Counted from the first letter of the stretch, positions 20,201 to 26,816 are shown. The stretch: DNA of 64,000 nucleotides from a virus (IMGVR_UViG_3300028048_000040:128001-192000), one strand, 5' to 3'. Notes: generated by a model not told the origin, from the sequence alone. Numbers and translations are program-made.

Positions 20201-21772
20201 GATATAGGATCTCAAGGTGGATCTGGATATGGTAATTATGTTGTCGTAAAAGACAAGAAAGGTATGTATCATATTTATGCTCACTTAAGTCAAAATAATC
20301 TAGCTAAGAAAGGCGATTCAGTAAAAGCTGGTCAAATTATAGCAAAATCTGGTCATAGTGGACATTGTGATCCACCTGGAGATCAAGGATCACATCTACA
20401 TTATGGAATCTATAATAATCCTAATTGTGCTGCTGGTGATGGATGTATTAATCCAAATTCTTATAAAATAGATGGATTAAGTTCTTCAGGTCAAGGAAAA
20501 TATGGTAGAGGTAGATTAATCAAAATCAACCCAGTCAAAACTAAAGGTTCTGATGAAGGTGGAGTTGATACAAAGAAATATGTTCCTAAAAGTGGCAGAG
20601 GCAAATTCAAATCTACTGGATTAGAAGATCTAGATATTACTAGAGCTGCTACATATCCAGATTTCCCAAAAGAAATAAAAAGTCCAGATAATACTTTTGG
20701 TATTACTGACAATATGATTACTCAATCTAAATATGGAAGAGGTAAGTATGGTAGAGGATTTAGCTTAGATAGTATTTCTTCTGCAATATCTTCCTTTGGT
20801 AATATATTTGGTCAAGTATCTAAAATAGGAAATTCTATATCTGGTTTATTCCATCATCCTAAAGGAATCTTTGGAAATAAACAAGATCAAAAATCTAAGA
20901 GTAAGACTACTACTTCAACTACAACAACTAAAGCTCAAGCCCAGCAAGCTATATTAAGTGCTGATGATCCTGAAGTCAAGAAAATAGAAGAAGATTATAA
21001 GAAAGAAATGGAATCCTTTAATGGTATTCCTACAGCTCAACAACAGATGATGGCTCAAATGGGTCTACATCCAGCTGTTAAAAGAGAAAGAGCTCTTAAA
21101 GCTCTGATTGAGAAAAAGAAATCTAATTCTATTACTAAAGCTCAAGATGATTCTAAATTTAAATTAGGACAAGAAGGTTCCCATGGAGCAGGTCCTAATG
21201 GAAAGAAATATACTAATAATGATATAGCATATATACTCAAGAATTCTGATAAATTTGGTGGAGCTAAAACTATAGAAGATGCTATCAAGATTCTAGAAAA
21301 AGATAAAAAATATACAGAAAAAACAGAAACTACCAAAAAAGAAGATAAGACCACTCCAGATTCAGGCACTACCGCCAACTCTGGAGAGGGTGTAGAAGAG
21401 AAAAACGAAAATATTAAGAGTGGTGTTACTACTCCCACACAAAAGACTTCTCAAGAGGCTTCTAAGCCTGTTTCTGCTCAAGATAAGCTTGATATGCTAA
21501 TTGCTGCTCAAAATAAGACTAATGAATTATTATCTGCTATACTTAATATGGCAGCTAAAGCAATGGATGTCAAAGAAACTGATGTCAAAGCAGCTGAAAA
21601 GACTGCTAAAGCAAATAATAAGAAGATGAATGAAACTGCTGCTATGACTAAGTTGAATTATTTCTATAATAACTCAATGAAGAATAGCGGAGTTGATACA
21701 AGCTTCTTCAATCCTGATTCAGGAGATTTTATTGATATAACTAAACGTATGCAAAATATAGCTTCAATGTAA
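8297..21772 (+). CDS. Giant tape-measure-like / tail-associated lysin with C39-like, phage-tail lysozyme, NlpC/P60, amidase-2 and M23 domains
   Basis: GAAAGGAGG SD favours ATG 8297; late promoter 8238-8250; long helical Ala/Gly-rich body with GPLGG hydrophobic repeats. Domains: Q..SACGP..HY..DP (~17090-17585), GMLGNFAAESG..YGLAQWT..YERP (~17696-18148), DCSG..GDLVF..HVFVY (~18371-18810), IIIHHT..IGYH..GAHA..GH..TACPG (~18869-19275), HHGID..YAHL..HLH (~20089-20465). Confidence 0.88.
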   Translation: MASNSIVDYLKNVGQSVKFAAIESVTEKTPNLQKVFGENNKKYVQELYKDVNQHRQELNMIDRIRNATVFKQISVGWDNLKDSIKTGKFKDDSRSTGFDEMEMMFAMMGDDFLGGDSDLIEAEMNGEETGSTNDHRIRGIPEITKGDALVATASATATKNAASTISKAIVRSAELTDITARKSTNLQLRALQQQANILSSGFQQLSSSLHTINQFNNQVVITHAQNSRMFFEQATALAQERNAILREMLEMQRETFGATMKSNLSSDANDLTKMSKIFDKEKGFDLRAYMSLMQKRMKETPIGMMMMSIKMLPMMIGEVVQNPLHYIAKMGIDSIIDNSLKKAIYNIDQSISGMISTGLAKLANYGKDKATKNTLLGQIASFFGVRNENTRLSAVDTSKYNKEAIQWNGIAQKALVEVIPGHLRRIEAALTGEGERVFDLQSGKWSTMKKVANIEKDIDRKVFKETFSKEKNQLLNMMQFKNRGEMRDWIKALDSFFKGVRNRGMVDYNHIREKSSEYGDNENIVKAIAYMIHSGGLDSSQIFNLTNKINEGNAKKAAMIRDLSPANQSLVTEAVNNSYNAKWAAGTGSIYGANGKQQVDKNGRWLSMPFNDLTKLTDTRGYTLYDYQYNILQTLLNMQRSGGLGGGRPAGPVGPVGPSNGGIPIQNPQNIIAGGLVRTGNTFTNAVPSEAKDPNSAQRQHAANLVQKAQEKSISRRALYHPDKSGLDEEQKLDFSVERIKNASKEELEEMIAHMYFAGQTGKEYRANTKVASSGGIFGDLKSAARGLGVSSIDSFMADMQEATSIADKFNVVGEALRSMTSAPQKILTSVLTEADRFMYEFMFGNPVGTEKDENGKPIEGFFGKVTHEFGKTMDNLNNKFNEWFKDTFKKGAGGIAGFFKGVLEDYFNIDVDEKVEQAKRHVKKYTNKVKKGALSAGADLFGIAKEAVLGTAQDMGIYEPDEEEEQKKEQQTPPTAYRGIRKYDSKYGIGVVGPGEKIISPGRGKVLDNTTGYKVYALQYGDSVIPSYLNTSNAGRGRVTPQSLASQEYNEKSLAKSIARGNVPILGTFSGANASWKDIGGWIGELKRKEQERFEHGDGTPKLEDAKSKRGFFHNFVNWMTGYNEPEFTEDQIKMQEFIKDIVNSATKAAIEANGGAFEDEESKGRSITQAGFEMAGKLRRGNVDLNTNEFQEALKEVLAMSENIKDPDFRDTLQFILNTAGYKGEFDTVDDSKKVRRSRRNNLFVGVNQFMDNAFGIDSKKAIDTADKTIRKNLPELAKGGTFGALLSTVLPLGGPLMGALVGAGASVLTNSKSFQSYMFGTEITDKDGNVIDRKNDGIVSRKTVKAIQRYLPDAKKYGITGALAGLVLPFGPLGGLMIGAGASFLKNNSRFQEFMFGEEGGLINKDRKERIKRALPNIGVATLGTLFLGPFGIVGNAMLGAGLGILSTTESFKRIMLGSKDRNGIRRGGLADIIRRQITDPFKKSMQDIQTRLAAWFKDDLFNPVARTIKPLGRNITGEISRLLRWGAGQIFGKKDEKEKSIFGKYGLKSVDRMLGLVRNAGGLGKFITGGIGNVIGAGAHALENQVGKRLERRAFRKGYYEDGTLADERMARGAELGLDANNADQYALGGLDQLMAKLEQGPNAQKNLTSLAAALSAIQSRTEGTDDNLNRQIAAERDNIISNSEKLYSDYLKKNPTEKNPHDLYRKVESMRDKMLKMAKAENFNPEIAQGEFAKELAKSDLPREIKDQMMELFLDSGGSIAKFQSAKDNLSKRNYAEAEIAKLLGYNVDEQQYDKLDESVKKQIEAIKKHPEAISAVNNDIRTLKERASSDESAAAKLKDQVTDPGDLSIINNMEKQVDQNDVIIATLEHIANILQTNDPKKREELQAQFKDTLDKYRGTGNSDKINNAIANAKIASQRAKNQKDKDDAKVEQGKDLNKEIYDDSYFDPDKAINNPEIKAKFEKDHGKLLENWHDQYQKGLLSTEDYYRRRNELLKGTWDEYHGNTTMGAIKHDIKLVGGKVAKAANSITEKREKALDYIDEKTTDFLNEAPDKIKENIVEPTAEAFGMVSKPIIAGFQMLGKAVIGLARKISGEYETIADKANPMSNIEKDQTDKNIPPTATYGLPFFGTFAGGTAAAGAAKSGGGSLIGSVLKGALGGAKDYFTGGSSDKKEEPSNNVKEVQQSTPSAGEVKSTAGLVASFDHSKANGGAPDINAKDNVSYTSDADGNLVAIVKGPDGTPMKLKNKDNAEIEKKHQQEFEFKERSANALEAIAARLGAKVKGVGKAIADAGGGLLGGLLDSIGGLINTLFLGLPVGTWLISKLKSLPGKLFKLLGKLVPNSIKKFGADLMAKVAKLPGKLGEMVGKGFASVKSLVGKKLGQIAPSLTKNLVKLLSKSRVGALLLGGGAVATGALKMFGVIDDDDKTPSLPPGSKVIEKENGSKVVVDENGKELDIPAEEVESEEDSGMSAGSLAKTAVAGYVGREAAKKVGLKSAGGRAAGATLANIIANGGEVDAGTIADFGMSYGAEKLIDKFSGNKVPTTGLEAEGPKNRPAGQYRNAIEAKKAEIAQRKATEKSIARHQRKLAQQAAKSGANVIENNATNPSIWDKAKNAASSLKDWASSKFSTGTESAKSIFKTGMNSEVANKLKDTTSLVKDTSKQGVEAAVGKIRSAMQTVVEAAGKWLPGKTVGEAVSNFCKKIMEKVTSSQGMQILQKKLSQQAATAAGGAALGIGAVAIGTMFCVTSFISGYNHAAEQFEVQESVVTNGMKVISGLVHAIHCAIGLIPIVGLAFALIVSPKQMLDYAIDLIGPAVGLSRQDLQKLQKSGQSVVENNVKAAQEYGKGNPEINDNHSGGGFFDTVKETAAGAWDKVKSVASSAWEGVKSGASWVGDKISSAGSWIKNKLTGQGKHSTYGRGGLFGTGFHSQLDPAIAGMGFNVSGDTEKQTVKDSACGPMAMANALESVGVSVDDKDIINKTKGGKEKNGGTPDYVLNRYANNQGIATKSVGTSEKDLANSLKSGKPLVLMGQNNMGETDKDPFAENPHYVTATGLDKDGNVIIKDPESYQPVKTYKLRDIAQKTTIATELSKDREPKFSEGASLKEIMAWKLRHAGRSKWGRERSNGNAELLWNHLKSKGLSNQTISGMLGNFAAESGWRSSAVQSPSGKPIDSDTMTIDGKTGYGLAQWTDKGRQQRLRSFLQSKGLQDSDYKGQLDFVLSGQDGDVSNLFKEMDGMTPEAAAEKFCAAYERPAKDNNGVWLGLATRKQRARELFQKEGKGVTSSSSFSGGSSSSSGAAEIAQEEQEPGILGAIAQVLNKIRSITDIFGTNSSSSSGTPGSISGGSVNYQDAAKKIVECALAYEKSKIQYGQVNPPSPPKDGGQCDCSGMAQNCYRAAGIEIPRTADIQCAFFKKHNATFTGDMKQLKAGDLVFTSDSSGEVDHVFVYIGDGKAVNLGGRNGKGSNGGDARLYNGWDQIKAGIEWHKGPATFGSLEKLCAATGQTQATGTGYSGYGPKRSSTNRIIIHHTAGAKGIDPSAAEIDKMHKGNGWSGIGYHFVIRKNGTIEKGRAEDEQGAHAEGANKDSIGIHVGGNFELESPTQQQIASLVKLLQQLCKKYNIPIDRKHILGHKEVGQTACPGANLYSQLDSIVAQAAGGKGKSRFCKDKPNVPDILKEKSNKFGKGKSKYGRSIFSDISNWWNTRDQRNARRYAGQDDSLAARYGHDSENEGYVAPTVSTTDQMADQRDEEFSGQEKIRTMSSEELAEAEEAGNVIKSIAQKKSTGEDATNEEIQKAAKEGNLETGDQTVQNITEQQQKASQTNLMDKFFGGVGARLDAIGAKLAPIKDMIRSKLGSVIGDKFGKFADLIGDPLKHFGGLFGSNNSSSSSADGSHGGGGGTFNGDATAIPATGSAAAALKKALNCEITSQFGPRSSGVHHGIDYGIGTGTPVPTVTDGVIDDIGSQGGSGYGNYVVVKDKKGMYHIYAHLSQNNLAKKGDSVKAGQIIAKSGHSGHCDPPGDQGSHLHYGIYNNPNCAAGDGCINPNSYKIDGLSSSGQGKYGRGRLIKINPVKTKGSDEGGVDTKKYVPKSGRGKFKSTGLEDLDITRAATYPDFPKEIKSPDNTFGITDNMITQSKYGRGKYGRGFSLDSISSAISSFGNIFGQVSKIGNSISGLFHHPKGIFGNKQDQKSKSKTTTSTTTTKAQAQQAILSADDPEVKKIEEDYKKEMESFNGIPTAQQQMMAQMGLHPAVKRERALKALIEKKKSNSITKAQDDSKFKLGQEGSHGAGPNGKKYTNNDIAYILKNSDKFGGAKTIEDAIKILEKDKKYTEKTETTKKEDKTTPDSGTTANSGEGVEEKNENIKSGVTTPTQKTSQEASKPVSAQDKLDMLIAAQNKTNELLSAILNMAAKAMDVKETDVKAAEKTAKANNKKMNETAAMTKLNYFYNNSMKNSGVDTSFFNPDSGDFIDITKRMQNIASM

Positions 21773-21774
21773 AA

Positions 21775-21866
21775 AAGAAAGAGTAAGGCTTTTATAGCCT
21801 TACTCTTTTAAAATAGGAGATGATTCACAACCTGGAATAGTTTGTCTGCACTCTCAAACTACCCAT
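21775..21866 (-). ncRNA. Candidate sRNA (promoter, hairpin, AUCAUCUCCU seed, terminator)
   Basis: Minus-strand early promoter 21864-21878 with GTAAAC 13 nt upstream; hairpin 21834-21864; anti-SD at 21815-21820; bidirectional terminator 21778-21808; no ORF with an SD. Confidence 0.6.
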
Positions 21867-21896
21867 TATAATAATATATCTCTATTTTTTAGTTTA

Positions 21897-21983
21897 CTCA
21901 AAAAAAGATAGGCAGTTATGGCTCTACCTATCTTTTCTCTAAAGGGATAATGGATAGTAGGTCTCTAGTCTCCTATCCATCAT
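21897..21983 (-). ncRNA. Candidate sRNA (promoter, hairpin, UCCCUUU seed, terminator)
   Basis: Minus-strand early promoter 21981-21995; hairpin 21947-21983; terminator 21903-21936 with U tail. Confidence 0.6.
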
Positions 21984-22064
21984 AATAATAATATATAACT
22001 ATAAAAAAGTTTGCTTCAGCACAAATGTATAATGAGAAGTTTAAAAGGAGGAATATATAATACT

Positions 22065-24182
22065 ATGATTAAATATAAGAAACCTACTCCTTATATTATA
22101 AAAGGTAGACCAGTAAAAGTTTATAGTGAACCATCTGCACTATCAGGAAATATTATTAATGCTTTACCTCCAGAAACTACTGTATATGCTGTAGGAGAAG
22201 AAAATGGATATATTCAGCTATATGAAGATGGTGGATTTGTACATAAAAACAATAATGTTATTATAGATAGACAAACCATAACTCAAAATAGAATAACTGA
22301 AAAGATACAAGCTCAAAGAAAAAAGAAAATAATGACTGCATCTCTTGCTATGGCAACTTCTGCTTTAGAAGGAAAAAGGATATACCTTAATAAAGGGGTT
22401 ACTGTAGATGAATATAACAATACAATACCTCCAGAAGAAAGAAATAGACCTTTAACATACGTTGGAACTTCATCAGTTGATGGAGGGATTATTTTACAAG
22501 ATGCAACATCAGGTCATAGATATAAAGTATCTAGCAGTAATTTCTCAGTTTTAGAAATTGATACTAAAGAAAATGTAGATCCAGAAAATCCAGATATCTC
22601 TATGGTTAATGGTAGTTTATATCTAAAACAAACTGGTGCTGCTGCTCAAGCTAAAGAAGAAGCTGCTAATAATGCTGTAGAACAAGCTCAAGCTTATTCT
22701 AGTGCAGATGATAGTACAGACAGTAAAGCTAAACCTTCTAAAACATTAGCTGAAACTATGCAAGGTATAGCTAATGGATGGTTTAGTGATAGTGCAACTG
22801 TAGTAAAATTAATAGGATATGATCATGATCAAGATGCATCTAAATTTAAAGTAAATAATACAAGATCTGTATTTGGATTCCCATATCAATTTGAACCTTG
22901 GGTAGATAATAGATTAGATGGTAGTATGGATTGGGAACCATTTGGAAGAAAGTTCTCACAAAAAATAGTATCTAGAGCTCCTATACTTATTATGCAAGCA
23001 GGTGATCCTAAATTCTTAGCAGGATTTTCTGATGAAGATAGAAAAGGAGCTATAGAAGGATTATTTGGTAAAAGTGATACCACTGCTGATAAAGTAGCTA
23101 ATGAAGCTGGTAAATATTATGCATTTAGTGATAGTTCAGTAGAGTATTATAGAGCAGTAAATGATATGTGTAAATCTGTAGCTGCTATGATAGGTGTAGG
23201 AAATAGATCTATAACTGTAAATGGTCATACTGGTGCTGCATCTAAATTTAATTGGAGTGATGCTGCATCCGGTAATGGTGGCTCACATAACTTCTTTGGT
23301 TATTACAGACAAGCAGTAGCATTTTATGTAAATGCTGAGCCTACTATGCAAGATGCTTTTACTAATGGATCTAGACAATCTCAATTAGCTAGTAAAGTAA
23401 ATCAGTTATCTGATCAAGCAGCAGAATTACAATTTATTTTAGGTGGTGCTGAAGGTTATGACCCCACTGGATTAGCAGAAAAAGCACATAGAGAAAGTAA
23501 AGAAGTAGCAGAAAATGCTGGTAATAAAGAAAATTCTGGTTCTACTGGCATATTAGGAACTCTTATAGATAGAATAGATACACTTATGGCTGGTGGTAAA
23601 TTAATTTTTCCAGAGATTTGGTCTGATTCTCAATATACAAAGAACTATAACGTTACTATTAAACTAGACTCTCCAGATTGTGATCCGTTATCTATTTATC
23701 TAAATATATTTGTTCCTCTTATCCATATAATAGCATTTTGTATGCCTAGATGGTCTGCTCCAAATGCATATGTTTCTCCATTTATAGTAAGAGCATATCT
23801 AAGATCTATGTTCCATGTAGATATGGGAATAATTACATCTTGTGATATTACCAGAGGTACACAACAAGGTTGGACTCAAGATGGATTACCAACAGAAGTA
23901 ACAGTAAACCTTACTATAAAAGATCTGTATAATGTATTATCTATGATATCTGGTAAGAATACTAATGATGTTATCTCTAATCCAGCTCAATTAGATTACC
24001 TAGGAAATCTTTGTGGAATTAACGTAGCAGTTCCAGATTTCTCTAGAACCCTTACTCTTTGGGCAGCATGTAGAAATCCATCTACTGCTTTATCTGATGC
24101 TATATTAAGAGTACAATCTAGAGCAGCTGGTACAGTAAATAATGCTTGGCAAAATCTATTTAATAAATATTGGAGAATGTAA
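22065..24182 (+). CDS. Probable baseplate / tail-tube-initiator-like virion protein with N-terminal SH3-like segment
   Basis: AGGAGG SD favours ATG 22065; late promoter 22020-22032; C-terminal GIITSCDI..DGLPTEVTVNLTIKDL resembles tube-fold baseplate proteins; follows the tape measure gene. Confidence 0.6.
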   Translation: MIKYKKPTPYIIKGRPVKVYSEPSALSGNIINALPPETTVYAVGEENGYIQLYEDGGFVHKNNNVIIDRQTITQNRITEKIQAQRKKKIMTASLAMATSALEGKRIYLNKGVTVDEYNNTIPPEERNRPLTYVGTSSVDGGIILQDATSGHRYKVSSSNFSVLEIDTKENVDPENPDISMVNGSLYLKQTGAAAQAKEEAANNAVEQAQAYSSADDSTDSKAKPSKTLAETMQGIANGWFSDSATVVKLIGYDHDQDASKFKVNNTRSVFGFPYQFEPWVDNRLDGSMDWEPFGRKFSQKIVSRAPILIMQAGDPKFLAGFSDEDRKGAIEGLFGKSDTTADKVANEAGKYYAFSDSSVEYYRAVNDMCKSVAAMIGVGNRSITVNGHTGAASKFNWSDAASGNGGSHNFFGYYRQAVAFYVNAEPTMQDAFTNGSRQSQLASKVNQLSDQAAELQFILGGAEGYDPTGLAEKAHRESKEVAENAGNKENSGSTGILGTLIDRIDTLMAGGKLIFPEIWSDSQYTKNYNVTIKLDSPDCDPLSIYLNIFVPLIHIIAFCMPRWSAPNAYVSPFIVRAYLRSMFHVDMGIITSCDITRGTQQGWTQDGLPTEVTVNLTIKDLYNVLSMISGKNTNDVISNPAQLDYLGNLCGINVAVPDFSRTLTLWAACRNPSTALSDAILRVQSRAAGTVNNAWQNLFNKYWRM

Positions 24183-24218
24183 TACCAAGGGAGAATTCTC
24201 CCTTGGTAAACTTTTTTT
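24183..24218 (+). terminator. Intrinsic terminator
   Basis: taccaagggag hairpin followed by T7. Confidence 0.75.
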
Positions 24219-24236
24219 CAGTTATATATTATTATT

Positions 24237-24323
24237 ATGAGAGTATGATGAGAGCCAAACATTATACTCTTAAAAACTTCCTAAGAAGATAGATAGTTAA
24301 TGTGCTGACTATCTATCTTTTTT
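24237..24323 (+). ncRNA. Candidate sRNA (promoter, hairpin, ACUUCCU seed, terminator)
   Basis: Early promoter 24225-24239; hairpin gagtatgatg-agagccaaa-cattatactc; terminator 24286-24323. Confidence 0.6.
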
Positions 24324-24388
24324 ATAAAGTAAAATAAAAAATAGATATATACTATTCCTATGAGTATGAGTTGAAGGAGGAATAAGTT

Positions 24389-24586
24389 ATGCCGGTATTT
24401 TTAGCATTCTTAGCAGGGAGTATATTTACAGTAGCAGTATCAAGATCTACTAGAAATAATCTAAAAACTGCTAATGAAGACTTGAATGATGTTCTAGACA
24501 ATCGTAGAGAATTGATTGAAAAAGTGAATAAGATTCTAGAACAAAAAGAAAAGAATGGAGAGATAATAATAAAACGTAATTCTTAA
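24389..24586 (+). CDS. 65-aa protein with N-terminal membrane anchor and coiled coil
   Basis: Early promoter 24348-24362, GAAGGAGG SD, terminator 24596-24627. Confidence 0.75.
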   Translation: MPVFLAFLAGSIFTVAVSRSTRNNLKTANEDLNDVLDNRRELIEKVNKILEQKEKNGEIIIKRNS

Positions 24587-24662
24587 TCAAACAAAAATAA
24601 TACCTGGAATTCCAGGTATTATTTTTTAACTTATTTTTTACTATTAGATAATCAAGAAAGAG

Positions 24663-25391
24663 GTGATACTTATCAAATCTAGAAAACAAAAGAAAACTCT
24701 CTATGACTCTAAATACTCTCATATTCCTAGAGATTATAATGAGAGATTATCATGGATGTATGACACACTTCATATTACACCAGATAAAGAAAATTATATT
24801 TTACAAGCAAGAGATCAATATATTCAAAACATGGCATTTAGTCCAGAAATATTAGTAGTATTATATGAAGAACCAGAAGGTTCTCCTAGACCAAGAGCTA
24901 GATTTGTCAATAAAGGAAATCTATCTGCTAGTGCTAAAGCAAATCCAGGATTCATACAAGTATATTCTATTACTGGTGCTGCAGATAGAAAGTTTATGAA
25001 ACAATTTATATCAGATAATGATTTTCTACAATTAGATCAATTGATATATACTCCATGTAATATAGAATTCGATGCATTCTTTAAAACACCAAATTCATTT
25101 AATAACACAGATACATTTTTAGCAGAACTTGGATGTATACGACCGATATCAAAACCAGATTTTGATAATATTGAAAAGAAATATGCTGATATGTATAATG
25201 GAAATGTTTGGATAGATGATGCTCTAGTAGTAGATGCAGTAGTTAGGAAATACTATTCTATTCTTCCTAGAGTTGAGATTCATCTTAGATTTCTAAACAT
25301 GCTTTATAACAAATACCAATATAAATCTATATCTAATAGAGTAGAGAGCACTAACGTAAATTATTTCAATACTATATATAAAAAGGAATGA
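24663..25391 (+). CDS. rusA: RusA-family Holliday junction resolvase
   Basis: GSPRPR and KPDFDNIEKKYAD..G.VWIDDA.VV motifs; start codon uncertain. Confidence 0.85.
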   Translation: MILIKSRKQKKTLYDSKYSHIPRDYNERLSWMYDTLHITPDKENYILQARDQYIQNMAFSPEILVVLYEEPEGSPRPRARFVNKGNLSASAKANPGFIQVYSITGAADRKFMKQFISDNDFLQLDQLIYTPCNIEFDAFFKTPNSFNNTDTFLAELGCIRPISKPDFDNIEKKYADMYNGNVWIDDALVVDAVVRKYYSILPRVEIHLRFLNMLYNKYQYKSISNRVESTNVNYFNTIYKKE

Positions 25392-25765
25392 TTTACATGT
25401 TAAAAATTTATCCATCTGGTTTAGATCTAAATATGAAGAACAATATCCTAACAGCTCAGTATATGAAACAAAAACTAACACGAATGGGATATCTAACAAC
25501 ACAATCTATTTATAATACTATAAAGGAGTTCTTTCCTCAGTTTAATGAGAATGCTATAGGATATATGAATACAGAAATAACAATATCATTATCAGGAGAA
25601 ACTATATATCAGATAAGGAGTATCTTAGTAGAGTTATTTAATAGATTGAGTAGTAAACTAAGTGGATTAGTTAGTTTAGATGAACAGAATATATTGATCA
25701 GTAGACCTGAATTATTTTATACTATTCAAACAGTAGCTCCAAACATATATATAATCAGAATATAA
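25388..25765 (+). CDS. Hypothetical protein, 125 aa
   Basis: ORF overlapping the rusA stop (ATGA). Confidence 0.65.
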   Translation: MIYMLKIYPSGLDLNMKNNILTAQYMKQKLTRMGYLTTQSIYNTIKEFFPQFNENAIGYMNTEITISLSGETIYQIRSILVELFNRLSSKLSGLVSLDEQNILISRPELFYTIQTVAPNIYIIRI

Positions 25766-25910
25766 GATAAGGAATGGCGAGACTTATCTTAGTTTTGTTT
25801 TGACATAATGAATCCTCCTAAAATACTCCTTTCATGATGTTTGTTCGTTGTTTCTCCTTTTTCATAAAACTTCCCTAATACACTCCCTAGGTAGAAATAC
25901 CTAGGGAGAT
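25754..25910 (+). ncRNA. Candidate multi-seed anti-SD sRNA
   Basis: AACA-N6-TAA at 25742-25754; hairpin 25763-25791; CCUCCU, CUCCUUUC, UCUCCUUU and CUUCCCU in the linker; hairpin 25883-25908. Confidence 0.6.
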
Positions 25911-26044
25911 GAATATTGCATTTTGGGAAAATTACTGTGATGAAAAGTGTTTAATTGCATCAAAAATAGGTATAAGTTCATTATTTCAAGCATATATTAT
26001 ATCAGTGATAAAAGCCATATAATTAAAGGAAGGAGGTAAAAATT

Positions 26045-26770
26045 ATGGCTAAGAAAAAAGCTGAACCTCAGGTTCAGAAGCTGGAACCAAATCCAGCATT
26101 AGATATTCTGGCTCTTAACTTGTTTGAAAAAACAAATGGGTCAGAAACAATGACTCCTGAACAACTTAAGGAGGCAATTAATAGAGTTGAAACTATAGTC
26201 AAACTCTATGCTAGAAGAATGTCTGAATGCACAGATGTTCAACGGTTACTTATCACAAAATGGTTTTCTGATACGACGATTAAAGAAGAAGATCGTATCA
26301 GAGTACTGGGGGTTGACCAGTACAATGAATGGTTAGCAGTTACCAAAAAAGCTGCAGAAGAATTGGCGGTAACAAAGTCGCCAGCTTCGGAAAATAACTC
26401 TGAAGCAGCAGCGACAATAGAAATGAATGGTACTGGTACCATGAAAGTGGATACCAAAGAGAAGGAGGAAACTAAAATGGCTATGTCTAAAGAAGAAATT
26501 CAGGAACTCGCAGCAGCAATGGCAGCAATGCAGCAGGGAGGCAAGGAAGAGAAGAAAGAAGACTCCAAAAAGGAGCAGGGATTCTTTGATGAGATGTGCG
26601 GCACGGTAAAAGAGGCAACCGATACCACTGTAGGTAAGGTAGCCCTTATCGCAGGCGGCGCAGCAGCAGGCATTTATCTGAAGAAGAAATTCTTCGACGA
26701 GCCAGCTGATTCCGACTGGGCGTCTGGTGAAACCCAGATCGCGTCCCAGGGAGCATCTATGTTCTTCTAA
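26045..26770 (+). CDS. Early hypothetical protein with C-terminal hydrophobic segment; possible internal start at 26477
   Basis: Early promoter 25993-26007, AGGAGGT SD, terminator 26786-26820; higher GC than flanks. Confidence 0.75.
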   Translation: MAKKKAEPQVQKLEPNPALDILALNLFEKTNGSETMTPEQLKEAINRVETIVKLYARRMSECTDVQRLLITKWFSDTTIKEEDRIRVLGVDQYNEWLAVTKKAAEELAVTKSPASENNSEAAATIEMNGTGTMKVDTKEKEETKMAMSKEEIQELAAAMAAMQQGGKEEKKEDSKKEQGFFDEMCGTVKEATDTTVGKVALIAGGAAAGIYLKKKFFDEPADSDWASGETQIASQGASMFF

Positions 26771-26816
26771 TGACAACATTACTCAGAGGAGCACCAATTT
26801 GGTGCTCCTCATTTTT

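Noticed and set aside
25787-25865. Minus-strand minigenes MKKEKQRTNIMKGVF and MSKQN with good SDs
   Set aside because: No minus-strand promoter motif was found, whereas the plus strand has promoter, hairpin and terminal hairpin; retained only as the alternative hypothesis
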